Shown piece after piece: positions 1 to 9,620 of a DNA stretch of 64,000 nt. A program made the translations under genes and the position numbers. Source of the DNA: Planctomycetota bacterium (lineage in GTDB: Bacteria; Planctomycetota; UBA1135). The notes under the pieces are model-generated. The model did no database searches. It had not been told where the DNA came from and saw only the letters and a program-made list of their open reading frames with translations. The stretch covers positions 40,915-104,914 of the forward strand of contig JASFYO010000021.1 of the NCBI GenBank assembly GCA_045047305.1, read 5' to 3'. Numbering within the stretch: the first letter of the stretch is position 1; every line of letters begins with the position of its first letter.

Positions 1-1040
1 GAATCCTCCGGATTTGTTTTTTCCTCGTTGTAACTCCCCCATCCATCACCTCGGCGCAAGAATATTTTACTAGCGTCACCGTATTCAATTTTCACGGAGG
101 AAATCCGTTCCGGATTCAAGTCCAAAATCCTCGAACTAATTAAGTCATCTAATGGGATATCTAGAAACCGATAGGTGTGCTCCTCGTATGAGAACGGATA
201 TTTCCTTTGATCGGATACCACCAATCCGTCAAAAACTTGAAGCCGAACTTGCCGATTCCCGGAAGTGAAAATCAAATCTCCCTTCTTTTTCTCCAAAGGC
301 AATTCTTCCAACAAAACATCACCGAGCCCTTCGACCCGTCCCCCCAATAGCGCCATGAGGTAAGGTTCACTTCTCACTTCAAGTGGTGCCTGGACTGGAG
401 CACGGAGATACCAGCGATTGTTTTTTTTCTCCAAGAGAATACGTGGCCCCTCCACAGGGTTCCAAGAGACTTGAGTTACCCCGGCTCCAAATTCGTGCAA
501 ACGATGGTCACGCCATTGTTCCACCGGACGCGCTAGCATGCGGAAATCAGGAATAGGGAAACGGACTAGTTTTCCATTGCACTTGGCGACCTGCCAATTG
601 CCAGAAGGTTCTTCAGCGCCAATAATTAGTTGCTGGACACTTCCGCCTTTGAAGGAAACTTCAATCAGAGCAGCGGCCGGGAGTAGGCCAAGCTCTTCCT
701 CCGACTGGTTTTCCCATCCCGCTGGGGCAGGCTCCCAATGGGTGGTAAACAATGCCTGAAGAGCCGCTTGAACTACAAAAGGTTCCGCGTGGTCCGGCAT
801 GGGATTGGTGATTGCCCAACGATTGTCCTTGTACTCCAAGGAAACGGTAATGCCGAATCGCGGTTGTTCTATGGATAAACCAGTCATAGAAGCTGGGTCC
901 CCTTCGATGAGGGTACCTGCGTTAGCTTGAGGAAGTTCTACTTCTAAGCTGGTAGCGGTTTGTGAATGCGAAAGCTGCCACAAACCAAACACCGCGCCCA
1001 AAAGCAGGAGACAAATCAAAAACAAACGAGTCGGAGTCAT
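1..1040 (-). CDS. DUF4340-like exported protein of Gld-type ABC operon (3' truncated by window edge)
   Basis: Not in the ORF track. ATG at 1040 overlaps the TGA of the upstream gene (ATGA). It reads MTPTRLFLICLLLLGAVFGLWQ (signal/anchor) and stays open to base 1, with repeated W..P segments and an ELGL motif. Its position after GldA/F/G-like genes is typical of DUF4340. Confidence 0.7.
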   Translation of the reverse strand, partial: MTPTRLFLICLLLLGAVFGLWQLSHSQTATSLEVELPQANAGTLIEGDPASMTGLSIEQPRFGITVSLEYKDNRWAITNPMPDHAEPFVVQAALQALFTTHWEPAPAGWENQSEEELGLLPAAALIEVSFKGGSVQQLIIGAEEPSGNWQVAKCNGKLVRFPIPDFRMLARPVEQWRDHRLHEFGAGVTQVSWNPVEGPRILLEKKNNRWYLRAPVQAPLEVRSEPYLMALLGGRVEGLGDVLLEELPLEKKKGDLIFTSGNRQVRLQVFDGLVVSDQRKYPFSYEEHTYRFLDIPLDDLISSRILDLNPERISSVKIEYGDASKIFLRRGDGWGSYNEEKTNPED

Positions 1041-2506
1041 CGTCTTCTTCTCCAAAAAATCAAAAGGCCTAAAAGGAATGTCAAACCTGGAAACACAAAG
1101 ATACTGATGTTCTGAATGCGTGCCATGACTGCGCGTTCGGGACGGAATGGTAATTCACCAAGCCCAACCAAGCCACGCTCAGCTTCATCATGACCGGAAA
1201 GCCAGATTAAGGCTCCAGCCAAAAGTTCGCGGTTGTAAAGGATGTCGGAGCGAATGCTTTCGGCAGAGCCTAGCACCACAATACGTCCGTGGAGATTATT
1301 TTCTCCAGGTGTCCATCGCTCTGCCGCAACAGCCAAAGGAACTACCCCTCGTTTCTCCCCGGGGTCCATTTCAAATAAGTTTTTCCGTGGATCTTCAATC
1401 CAGGCCAGGGATCCACTCCGAATAAGACGTTCTTGGGTGTAATCATTAGTTCCGCTGGCAAATTTAACTGGGCGTGCCCCCCGAAATAGCAAGAAACGCG
1501 AAGCCTCAATGAGAGGAACGGTGATGGAATGCTGCGGGCTTAATTGTTCTTGTTTTATTTCAAGAAAAGCACAATCGCTACGGCCAGTAACAAAACCACC
1601 CTGAATGCGTAATGGTTCACACACAAGCCCCTCTCCAAAACCAGTTCCATGATCTCGCAACAGATCATTCCAGAAGGAAATCACAGGTGGCGGTGCGTTG
1701 GGACCTAGGGCGAGCAGAACCGGTTTATCCGCCGCGACCCAAGCCTCCATCGCGGCGGCATCTGAGGGTAGAAAAGGTCTGCGTTGGCCGGGAATGATGA
1801 TGAGGTCTGCATCCTTGGCATCCTGCGGCCCTTCTATAGGAAAAACGTCCCAGTTTTCACGTTGCAGTTGCATGCGCAACTCGAGTAACTCATCGGCATC
1901 ATCCAGAGAACCTTGGCCATATCCGACTAAGACAGCTGCTTTGGGGGTATCTCCTGCAGCGAGGGCAACTGAGGCATCGCCCAGGGCAGATTCCACGCGT
2001 TCTTTGAGTATGCGGGCTGGAGCACCCTCAGGGGTTGCGCGTAGAATTTGGAACAAGTCCTCAAACGTAAGGACGCGTCGATCCCCGTTGGCTTCCAGGA
2101 TTAAAGTCTCTCCGGGTTGCCGATCGAGGCGTTTTATTTCACGATCAATGGCGACCAGGGGGCTGGATTCGTCCAAGATAAGTGTGGTAATTTTACCGCC
2201 ACTGCGCACCGCAGTGTCTTCGGTCAGACTACGCAATAAGACAAACGCCTGCGCATATACGGTGGAGCCAAATTTTTGGATATCTGGATCTTCAGGAAAA
2301 AGAAAAGCTGAAAGGGTGCTTCCTTGCGGCAATGCCTGCAAGGCTTCGGTTGTGCGATCACTGAGGCCTTGATCTTGAGCAGTGGTCCAATCCCAACGAA
2401 CACGCAAGCCGGGGCGTGAAAATGTATAAAGGAGGAAGCCCGTAAAGGCAACCGCGCACAAACCAGCAAAGATGGTGAGCATGCCTAAACGAAGGCGCCG
2501 GCTCAT
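1037..2506 (-). CDS. GldG-like ABC transporter auxiliary protein (GIFT-type domain)
   Basis: N-terminal TM, DWT..LS..T motif, GYGQG, LIIIPG, RIVVLGS, and a C-terminal TM ending WRRRR. Start set at ATG 2506, overlapping the upstream stop. Confidence 0.8.
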   Translation of the reverse strand: MSRRLRLGMLTIFAGLCAVAFTGFLLYTFSRPGLRVRWDWTTAQDQGLSDRTTEALQALPQGSTLSAFLFPEDPDIQKFGSTVYAQAFVLLRSLTEDTAVRSGGKITTLILDESSPLVAIDREIKRLDRQPGETLILEANGDRRVLTFEDLFQILRATPEGAPARILKERVESALGDASVALAAGDTPKAAVLVGYGQGSLDDADELLELRMQLQRENWDVFPIEGPQDAKDADLIIIPGQRRPFLPSDAAAMEAWVAADKPVLLALGPNAPPPVISFWNDLLRDHGTGFGEGLVCEPLRIQGGFVTGRSDCAFLEIKQEQLSPQHSITVPLIEASRFLLFRGARPVKFASGTNDYTQERLIRSGSLAWIEDPRKNLFEMDPGEKRGVVPLAVAAERWTPGENNLHGRIVVLGSAESIRSDILYNRELLAGALIWLSGHDEAERGLVGLGELPFRPERAVMARIQNISIFVFPGLTFLLGLLIFWRRRR

Positions 2507-3246
2507 GGGACCCACCTCCTGGACACCAGTCGGACCCAGGTTAGGAATAGGAATAGTGTGGACATTCCAAACAGATATACCAATGCATAACTGTCGATGA
2601 GCCCAGCTGAGAAACTACGGTCGAGAAAGTTTGGCAGATGGGTTAAACGTGCAATGTTTCCGAGTGCACCCTCTTTGTGCTCGAATAAGGCAGGTACGAA
2701 TAGAAGCATGTAGTTGAGTGCGGCTCCACCCCCAGCTGCCAAAACAAGATTGCTTCCCCATGAACTAGCCCAGAGCCCTGTAGCCAAAAACAAAAAACTT
2801 ACCAGCATGGCACCAAGTAATCCGCCCCAAATCCGTGCCCAATCCATGTTTGCACCGTGCCATGAAAGCAACAAGAAAAGCAAAAGGACTCCTCCCCAAA
2901 ACAAAAGGAAGAACATGCAGGCTGCAAAATACTTAGCTAGGACTACCGCTCCATCGCGAATGGGAGCAGTAAGCAATGGCTCTAAGGTGCCGACACGATG
3001 TTCTTCGGCAAACAAACGGATGCATAAGAGGGGCGGGAAGGCTGGGAGCAATAGCCACACCAACATGCCGCTACCAAGCAGATAGGGCGGCAGCAGACCA
3101 AGGTCATTTTGGACGGCCTGAGTTTCGATCGTGACACTAAACATCAACCCATTCAGTAAAAACCAGAATCCCAAAAGCACAAACACAAATGGGGAAACCA
3201 TGAGTGAGAACACTTCCTTTCTCCATAAGGCGCAGAAAGCATTCAT
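2503..3246 (-). CDS. ABC-2 type permease, GldF-like
   Basis: WRKE..S..SP and FAEE.R.GTLE.LLTAP..VLAKY motifs, about 6 TM helices. ATG 3246 is coupled to the upstream stop. Confidence 0.88.
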   Translation of the reverse strand: MNAFCALWRKEVFSLMVSPFVFVLLGFWFLLNGLMFSVTIETQAVQNDLGLLPPYLLGSGMLVWLLLPAFPPLLCIRLFAEEHRVGTLEPLLTAPIRDGAVVLAKYFAACMFFLLFWGGVLLLFLLLSWHGANMDWARIWGGLLGAMLVSFLFLATGLWASSWGSNLVLAAGGGAALNYMLLFVPALFEHKEGALGNIARLTHLPNFLDRSFSAGLIDSYALVYLFGMSTLFLFLTWVRLVSRRWVP

Positions 3247-4175
3247 GCGGGATCCCCCTCGACTAAGGAACGGAAAAGTTGGTCTAAGTCTGGGCGGATT
3301 TCGCGGAATTCTAAAACAGGGTACCCTTCTTTCCCGAGCCAACGAAACACAGAAGGACGCATATCAGGGGCTTGGAAACGTAGCTCAAACGTGGTTTCAG
3401 AGTTGCGTATAAGGCTGAATTGGAATTGTGATGCCACGGCCCTGAGACGAGCTTCTGCATGGGCAAAGCCGGGCTCCAACTGAATCAAAACGATGGCACC
3501 TTTTTGCATTTTCTGGTGGAGCTCTTGCAAAGTCCCAACGGCGCGCGAATAGCCGTGATTCAGAATTAGAACTCTGGTCGCAATCTCTTCTACTTCAGGG
3601 AGGACGTGACTACTGAATAGTATTGCTTTGCCTAGCGAGGAGAGCCCAATGAGAATATCGCGAAACTCTTGGCGCTGGATTGGATCCAGTCCTGTAAAGG
3701 GTTCATCCAAAAGAACCGCAGGAGGGTTGGCGAGCAATACATCGGCTAATCCAACTCGTTGGCGGAACCCTTTTGAAAGGGATGCAAAAGTTTGTCGCAT
3801 GCGTGGTGCAAGTCCTAATCTTTTCACGATTTCGGCAATGGAATTTCTGGCCTCGGTGCGCTTAAGACCTTTGAGGCGGGCGCGAAACATGAGGTATTCG
3901 ATAACCCGCATCTCTGAGGGTGCGACAAAGTTTTCTGGCAAATATCCCGTACTACTTCGTGCGCCCAAAGAATCTTGAGCCAAGTCTTTACCGTCAATGC
4001 TGCATTTCCCAGAAGTTGCTGGCAAATACCCGCTCAGAATGCGCAGAGTGGTGGTTTTACCCGCGCCATTGGGGCCCAAAAAACCGAGGATCTCTCCTGG
4101 CTTGACTTCCAAATCTAAATCCACCAGTGCGACATGGTTGCCGTACTTTTTGGTGAGTTTTTGGGTGAGAATCAT
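3243..4175 (-). CDS. ABC transporter ATP-binding protein, GldA-like
   Basis: Walker A GPNGAGKTT, signature LSKGFRQR, Walker B LLDEP, H-loop SSH. Confidence 0.93.
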   Translation of the reverse strand: MILTQKLTKKYGNHVALVDLDLEVKPGEILGFLGPNGAGKTTTLRILSGYLPATSGKCSIDGKDLAQDSLGARSSTGYLPENFVAPSEMRVIEYLMFRARLKGLKRTEARNSIAEIVKRLGLAPRMRQTFASLSKGFRQRVGLADVLLANPPAVLLDEPFTGLDPIQRQEFRDILIGLSSLGKAILFSSHVLPEVEEIATRVLILNHGYSRAVGTLQELHQKMQKGAIVLIQLEPGFAHAEARLRAVASQFQFSLIRNSETTFELRFQAPDMRPSVFRWLGKEGYPVLEFREIRPDLDQLFRSLVEGDPA

Positions 4176-4269
4176 GCTCGCGGTAGTGTGCAAAAAGGAT
4201 GCCGAAGCCATAGGTTACGTGACCCGCCTTACATTTCCCATAGAGTACATTTTGTGCGAATTCGCGCAT

Positions 4270-4310
4270 AAAAGAAGAAGGGCTGTCAGGAGCGAACTCC
4301 TGACAGCCCT
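4270..4310 (-). terminator. Intrinsic terminator of dnaK
   Basis: Perfect 14-bp stem AGGGCTGTCAGGAG/CTCCTGACAGCCCT with TTCG loop, followed by TCTTCTTTT on the minus strand, 16 nt after the dnaK stop. Confidence 0.88.
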
Positions 4311-4326
4311 ATGGGACGACGCAAGC

Positions 4327-6219
4327 CTAGTTTTTGACTTCGAAGTCAGCGTCGACTACGTCTTCCGAGTTGTCTTCTGCTTGAGGAGCCTCGCCACCAG
4401 TCTGAGCGCCGGCACCTTCGCCACCATCCGCGTAGAGCTTTTGCGCTACGGCTTGCATGGCAGTATTTAGCTCCTCCACCTTGGTCTCGACAAGAGCCAT
4501 GTCCTCGCTTTTGAGGGCCTCCTCTAGAGCTTCGATTTTGGCCTGGACATCTTCTTTTTCAGAAGCATCTAGCTTTTCACCTTGCTCCTTTATTAGCTTT
4601 TGTGCCTGCCATACGGTTTGATCCGCAAGATTACGCTTCTCGACTAGCCCCTTGGTAGCTTCGTCCTGCTCTTTGAACTTCTCGGCATCATCTTGCATCC
4701 GTTGGATGTCATCCTCGGACAGCCCCGAAGACTGCTCAATCCGTACTTTGTGTTCTTTGCCAGTAGCTTTGTCCACAGCATGAACATGCAGAATGCCGTT
4801 GGTGTCAATGTCGAATTCGACTTCGATTTGAGGGACACCGCGTGGGGCTGCAGGAATACCGTCGAGGGTGAAACGATCAAGGGTGCGGTTGTCGACAGCC
4901 ATCGGGCGTTCGCCCTGCATGACATGGACTTCTACTTTTGGCTGGTTATCAGCCGCAGTGGAGAACACTTCTTTTTTGGTGGTCGGAATCGTGGTGTTCC
5001 GCTCAATCAAAGTGGTCATCACGCCGCCCATGGTTTCAATTCCAAGACTGAGTGGAGTCACGTCGAGAAGTACGAGGTCTTCTACATCGCCCGATAGCAC
5101 ACCACCCTGGATGGATGCTCCCATGGCAACCACTTCGTCTGGGTTCATGCTGCGGTTTGGCTCTTGTGCAAAGACTTCCTTCACCACTTCTTGCACCATG
5201 GGAATGCGGGTGGAACCGCCTACCAAAAGCACCTCACTGATTTCAGTCGGCTTGAGGCCGGCATCAGAAAGAGCCTGTTGACATGGAGTCTTGCAGCGCT
5301 CAAACAAATCGGCGCAGAGGTTTTCAAACTTAGCCCGAGTCAGGTTCACCATGAGGTGCTTAGGACCGGTTGCATCAGCAGTGATGAAAGGCAGGTTGAT
5401 TTGCGTTTCGGTGCCAGAACTCAGTTCACACTTGGCTTTCTCACAACCTTCCTTGAGGCGTTGCAAGGCCATTTTGTCATCCCGCAGGTCAATGCCATTC
5501 TCGGACTTAAACTCGTCAGCAACCCAGTTAATGAGGATCTGATCGAAGTCATCGCCACCTAGCTGAGTGTCACCAGAAGTAGAAAGTACCTCAAAAACTC
5601 CATCACCGATATCGAGGATGGAGACATCGAAGGTGCCACCACCGAGGTCGAAAACAGCAATCTTGCCGTTTTTCTTCTTGTCCATACCGAATGCAATTGC
5701 TGCAGCAGTAGGCTCGTTAATGATACGCTCGACCTCAAGGCCCGCAATCTTGCCAGCATCTTTGGTGGCCTGACGTTGTGCATCGTTGAAGTAAGCCGGG
5801 ACGGTGATGACCGCCTTTTCGACCTTTCCGCCAAGATAATCCTCAGCACATTCCTTGAGATATCCAAGAATGTAAGAGCTGATTTCAGGTGCAGAGTATT
5901 CCTTATCACCCACTTTCACCTTTACGATTTCATTGGGTTTACCAACGACATCGTATGGCACCAATTTCTCATCACTACTGACTTCCTCATGACGACGGCC
6001 CATAAACCGTTTGATGGAGAAGATTGTGCGTGTTGGGTTGGTGACCGCTTGACGCTTGGCAGGACCGCCGACCAAGCGCTGGCCATTGTCCTGAAACGCC
6101 ACCACGGAGGGAGTGGTACGCCCACCCTCTTTGTTCGGGATGACCTTGGTCTCCCCACCTTCCAAAACAGATACGACGGAGTTCGTCGTTCCCAAGTCGA
6201 TTCCAATGATTTTTGCCAT
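4327..6219 (-). CDS. dnaK: Hsp70 chaperone DnaK
   Basis: [41 protein letters not shown]-terminal DVVDADFE. Start placed at ATG 6219. Confidence 0.98.
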   Translation of the reverse strand: MAKIIGIDLGTTNSVVSVLEGGETKVIPNKEGGRTTPSVVAFQDNGQRLVGGPAKRQAVTNPTRTIFSIKRFMGRRHEEVSSDEKLVPYDVVGKPNEIVKVKVGDKEYSAPEISSYILGYLKECAEDYLGGKVEKAVITVPAYFNDAQRQATKDAGKIAGLEVERIINEPTAAAIAFGMDKKKNGKIAVFDLGGGTFDVSILDIGDGVFEVLSTSGDTQLGGDDFDQILINWVADEFKSENGIDLRDDKMALQRLKEGCEKAKCELSSGTETQINLPFITADATGPKHLMVNLTRAKFENLCADLFERCKTPCQQALSDAGLKPTEISEVLLVGGSTRIPMVQEVVKEVFAQEPNRSMNPDEVVAMGASIQGGVLSGDVEDLVLLDVTPLSLGIETMGGVMTTLIERNTTIPTTKKEVFSTAADNQPKVEVHVMQGERPMAVDNRTLDRFTLDGIPAAPRGVPQIEVEFDIDTNGILHVHAVDKATGKEHKVRIEQSSGLSEDDIQRMQDDAEKFKEQDEATKGLVEKRNLADQTVWQAQKLIKEQGEKLDASEKEDVQAKIEALEEALKSEDMALVETKVEELNTAMQAVAQKLYADGGEGAGAQTGGEAPQAEDNSEDVVDADFEVKN

Positions 6220-6255
6220 TTCTTTACCAGGGGATGCCCCCTGGAGCTCTAGGTG

Positions 6256-6270
6256 GCAATTGCTGTGCCA
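6256..6270 (-). promoter_or_regulatory. sigma54 (RpoN) -24/-12 promoter of dnaK
   Basis: Minus strand reads TGGCAC-AGCAA-TTGC, matching TGGCAC-N5-TTGC. It lies in the 86-bp intergenic gap, giving a predicted TSS near 6244, about 25 nt before the ATG. Confidence 0.8.
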
Positions 6271-6278
6271 GGAATAGA

Positions 6279-6293
6279 CTGCCAATCTGACAG
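6279..6293. promoter_or_regulatory. Imperfect palindrome, candidate operator upstream of dnaK promoter
   Basis: CTGCCA-ATC-TGACAG (5 of 6 symmetric), 8 bp upstream of the sigma54 motif. Confidence 0.45.
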
Positions 6294-6305
6294 CCACCGC
6301 GTAAC

Positions 6306-7748
6306 CTATTCGGCCTGGAACCCTTTCAGCTTGCGGTACAGAGTTCGCTCACCAATCCCGAGTTGTTTCGCGGCTTTTTGGCGGTTTCCATCCATGGACT
6401 CTAGGGTGCCAAGAATCATGTCCCGCTCGACCTCCTCAAGCGACTTCCCAATGGGTGGGTAGCTCGGGCCGGTAGATGCAGGTGGCGCATTGATTTCCTC
6501 GTCAACTGGGCAAGATTTAGGTGCGCCAATAGGAAGCGATACTTCGGCCTCGATTAGCGGTGGTCTTGGTTTTAAATCTCGCAGATTGAGCGGAAGGTCT
6601 TCTACTCCTAAGCAGCCATCGGTGTCGAGAACCACCATGGTTTCCACAGCATTGCGTAGCTCGCGGACATTGCCCGGCCAGGTATGGGCACGGAGCACAC
6701 GCAAAAGATCCTCCGAAATCGCGGGAATGGATTTGCCATGACGCTCGGAGAATTCATGCAGGAAATGGTCCACCAGCAAGGGCAAATCTTCCAACCGTTC
6801 CCTTAAAGGAGGCATGTCAATTTCAACCACGGCAAGGCGGTAATAAAGGTCTTCACGGAATTCACCGGCTTCGATTCTTTGTCTCAGATTTCGGTTGGTC
6901 GCAGCAATGATGCGGACGTCAATCGGGCGCGCATCATTGGCCCCAACCGGAACGACTTCACGACTTTCTAAAACGCGCAAAAGTTTCGCTTGGGTCGATA
7001 GCGGCATATCGCCGATTTCATCAAGAAAGATGGTCCCCCCATCCGCAAATTCAAACTTACCTTGCTTGGATTCATGGGCGCCAGTGAAGGAACCTTTAGT
7101 ATGTCCAAACAATTCACTTTCAATCAAACTTTCGGTTAATGCCGCGCAATTCACCGCTACGAATCGGCGCTTATTGCGTTCCGACAAGCGATGCAGTGCA
7201 CTTGCAACTAATTCCTTGCCAGTGCCGGAATCGCCAAGCACCAGTACCGTTGCATTGGTTGGACCGACTTGGCGCACCAAGTCAAAGACTCGTGTCATGG
7301 CAGGTGCATTGCCAATCATGCCTTCCAGACCAAATCGGCGGTTCAGGGCCTTGCGCAGCTGTTGATTGTCCTCGGTAAGGCGCTGTTTCTCTAATTCTCG
7401 ATCCACTCGGGTGCGCAATTCTGCAAGATTAACAGGTTTGGTGAGGTAGTCTGCAGCCCCTTCCTGCATGGCCTGTACTGCGGTCTCAACCGTGCCATAA
7501 CCCGTGATCAGAAACACCGAAACCTCGGGACGACGTTCACGGATTGCGCGTAATAAATCCAAACCATTTCCATCGCCAAGCATGAGGTCGGTGAGGACGA
7601 CGTCGTATTTGCGAATGGGGAACCGATCCATCGCGGCTTGGAAGTGATCCGCAATTTCAACTATGTGGCCATCACGTTCCAAAGCCATTTGCATGGCTTC
7701 AGCATGATTCCGGTCATCGTCGACCACCAACAGTCGAGCACTAGCCAT
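6306..7748 (-). CDS. sigma54-dependent response regulator (NtrC/AtoC/ZraR family: REC-AAA+-HTH)
   Basis: REC (LVVDDD, LTDL, KP), Walker [15 protein letters not shown] loop, [23 protein letters not shown], Fis-type HTH. Confidence 0.95.
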   Translation of the reverse strand: MASARLLVVDDDRNHAEAMQMALERDGHIVEIADHFQAAMDRFPIRKYDVVLTDLMLGDGNGLDLLRAIRERRPEVSVFLITGYGTVETAVQAMQEGAADYLTKPVNLAELRTRVDRELEKQRLTEDNQQLRKALNRRFGLEGMIGNAPAMTRVFDLVRQVGPTNATVLVLGDSGTGKELVASALHRLSERNKRRFVAVNCAALTESLIESELFGHTKGSFTGAHESKQGKFEFADGGTIFLDEIGDMPLSTQAKLLRVLESREVVPVGANDARPIDVRIIAATNRNLRQRIEAGEFREDLYYRLAVVEIDMPPLRERLEDLPLLVDHFLHEFSERHGKSIPAISEDLLRVLRAHTWPGNVRELRNAVETMVVLDTDGCLGVEDLPLNLRDLKPRPPLIEAEVSLPIGAPKSCPVDEEINAPPASTGPSYPPIGKSLEEVERDMILGTLESMDGNRQKAAKQLGIGERTLYRKLKGFQAE

Positions 7749-8469
7749 AATTAGGAGATGCTTCCAAGGGGAGTGCCATGCTGACTCGGGTTCCATTGCC
7801 GGGAGAACTTTCAATTGAAAGCGTGCCACCATGGGCCCCCACAATGCGCCGCACGGTCGCCATACCGAGGCCAGACCCACCTTTCTTCGTGGAGTAGTAC
7901 ACCTGGAGGCATTGCTTCAAGGTTTCTGCTTCCATGCCTGGGCCGTCATCCACGATTTCAACTATGGCACGCTCTCCTTCACGTCGAGTGATGAAGGTGA
8001 TGGTGCCGTACCCACGCTCTTCCATAGCCTGCCGAGCATTGATAACCAAATTTAATAAGGCTTGCCGCATGCGACCGACATCGAGCATGACCAAGGGCAA
8101 ACTTAAATCCAAATAGGATTTGATTTGAATCCCAAGGCGTTGGGCCTCGGGTGTAGAAAATTGCACCACCTGTTCAATTTGCGCATTGAGCGAAGCGAGA
8201 CTGGCGTTTAAGGAATCGGTGCGTGCAAAACGCAGAAAGTCTTCCAGAATTCCGTTGAGTCGTAAGACTTCCGATTTCAAAATGCGTACGGTTTTGACCG
8301 TGCGTCGGGCCTTGATTCCATCCTCCGGCTCCCAATCCTCCTCCAGCAAAGCCAAGTGCAAGCTGATGGTGCTCAGAGGGTTTTTTAGCTCATGCGCAAG
8401 GCCGCCCGCAAGACGAGCAAGCGTTTGCGGGTCAAGGTCATGTGCACGTAAAGGTTGTTCCGAAGACAT
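7741..8469 (-). CDS. Cytoplasmic histidine kinase (HisKA + HATPase_c only)
   Basis: H-box AHELKNPL, N-box NLVINA, G1 DDGPGM, G2 GSGLG. No TM or input domain is visible. Its stop overlaps the regulator start. Confidence 0.92.
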   Translation of the reverse strand: MSSEQPLRAHDLDPQTLARLAGGLAHELKNPLSTISLHLALLEEDWEPEDGIKARRTVKTVRILKSEVLRLNGILEDFLRFARTDSLNASLASLNAQIEQVVQFSTPEAQRLGIQIKSYLDLSLPLVMLDVGRMRQALLNLVINARQAMEERGYGTITFITRREGERAIVEIVDDGPGMEAETLKQCLQVYYSTKKGGSGLGMATVRRIVGAHGGTLSIESSPGNGTRVSMALPLEASPNYG

Positions 8470-8543
8470 AAGGGCTTCCAGCGGCCAATGCCGCACGACT
8501 AGGATACCTGCGCTGGCTCCCATCCCGACATTGTTTCCTCCCC

Positions 8544-9620
8544 GTGTCCGCAAACTCATTCGACCTTAATACGACTTCTGGCCAGGCCGATGCCGCCAAA
8601 CGCCTTTGCGCAGGCGAAATCGTGGCTCTTCCAACCGACACGGTACCTGGATTGGCCATTCGAGCGGACCTCCCTCAAAGCGCGGAACGCTTGGCGCGGA
8701 TTAAAGGAAGTCCTCAAGGCCGCCCCTTTACGCTTCACTTGCCGCATATGCAAGCTATTCGGGAAATGGCGCCAACTTTGCCACCTGGATTGGCTGCATG
8801 GTTAAATACGCATTTGCCTCAAGGAGTGACGGCATTGTTACCCCGAAGGTGGGTCAATCTCGCAGACAGTATCGATTGGAAATGGAATCATGTGGGATTC
8901 CGTTTACCGCAGCAGCCTGATTATCAGGCGGTGACTGAAATTTTAGATTTCCCGCTATTGATGACCAGCATCAATCCAAGCGGCCAACCCTCCCTATTTG
9001 GCGAGGCTCTGAACCAATGGATCAGTTCGCATGGAGTGGCACACGCGACAGGATTGGCCCAAATTGGCGAGTGCGCCCCCTCAACCATTATTTCCTTTGA
9101 TCCGATGCCGAATGTTTTACGGGGGCAGGCTGCCACGGAAATGACTCTTCCTGGCAAACGAGTTCTGATTTTATGTAGCGGCAATATTTGCCGTTCCCCA
9201 GTTGCAGAGCATCTATTGCGTGAACTACTGGCCAATACCTGGCAAGTGCCTCAGGAGCAACTTGCGGATTCCGGGTGGATGGTGGCCTCGGCTGGGACCT
9301 TTGCCATAGATGGTGGCACGGTAAGCCGACATTCCTATACCGTTGGCCAAGAAATCGGTTTGGATTTATCCGCACATCGGTCGCAACATGTGGACCAGGC
9401 GCTGCAACAACCCTGGGACTTGATTCTAGGGATGGGGCCGAATCACCTTGCTGGCATGCCACCGGAACTGGCTTGTGAACTGTTCGACCCTACCGGCCAT
9501 GCTGTGCCGGATCCCTTTGGTGGGGAGCTTGCTGAATACGAAAACATGCGCAATCACCTCATGGTGGCGGCACGAAATCGAGTTGCTGCTTGGTCAGATT
9601 GGCCTCACGACCAGAGCTGA
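8544..9620 (+). CDS. Fusion of Sua5/YrdC (TsaC)-like domain and low-molecular-weight protein phosphatase
   Basis: N-terminal PTDTVPGL, GFRLP, TSINPSG, PSTI. C-terminal P-loop CSGNICRS, SAGT, H.S and DPFGG. Confidence 0.85.
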   Translation: MSANSFDLNTTSGQADAAKRLCAGEIVALPTDTVPGLAIRADLPQSAERLARIKGSPQGRPFTLHLPHMQAIREMAPTLPPGLAAWLNTHLPQGVTALLPRRWVNLADSIDWKWNHVGFRLPQQPDYQAVTEILDFPLLMTSINPSGQPSLFGEALNQWISSHGVAHATGLAQIGECAPSTIISFDPMPNVLRGQAATEMTLPGKRVLILCSGNICRSPVAEHLLRELLANTWQVPQEQLADSGWMVASAGTFAIDGGTVSRHSYTVGQEIGLDLSAHRSQHVDQALQQPWDLILGMGPNHLAGMPPELACELFDPTGHAVPDPFGGELAEYENMRNHLMVAARNRVAAWSDWPHDQS

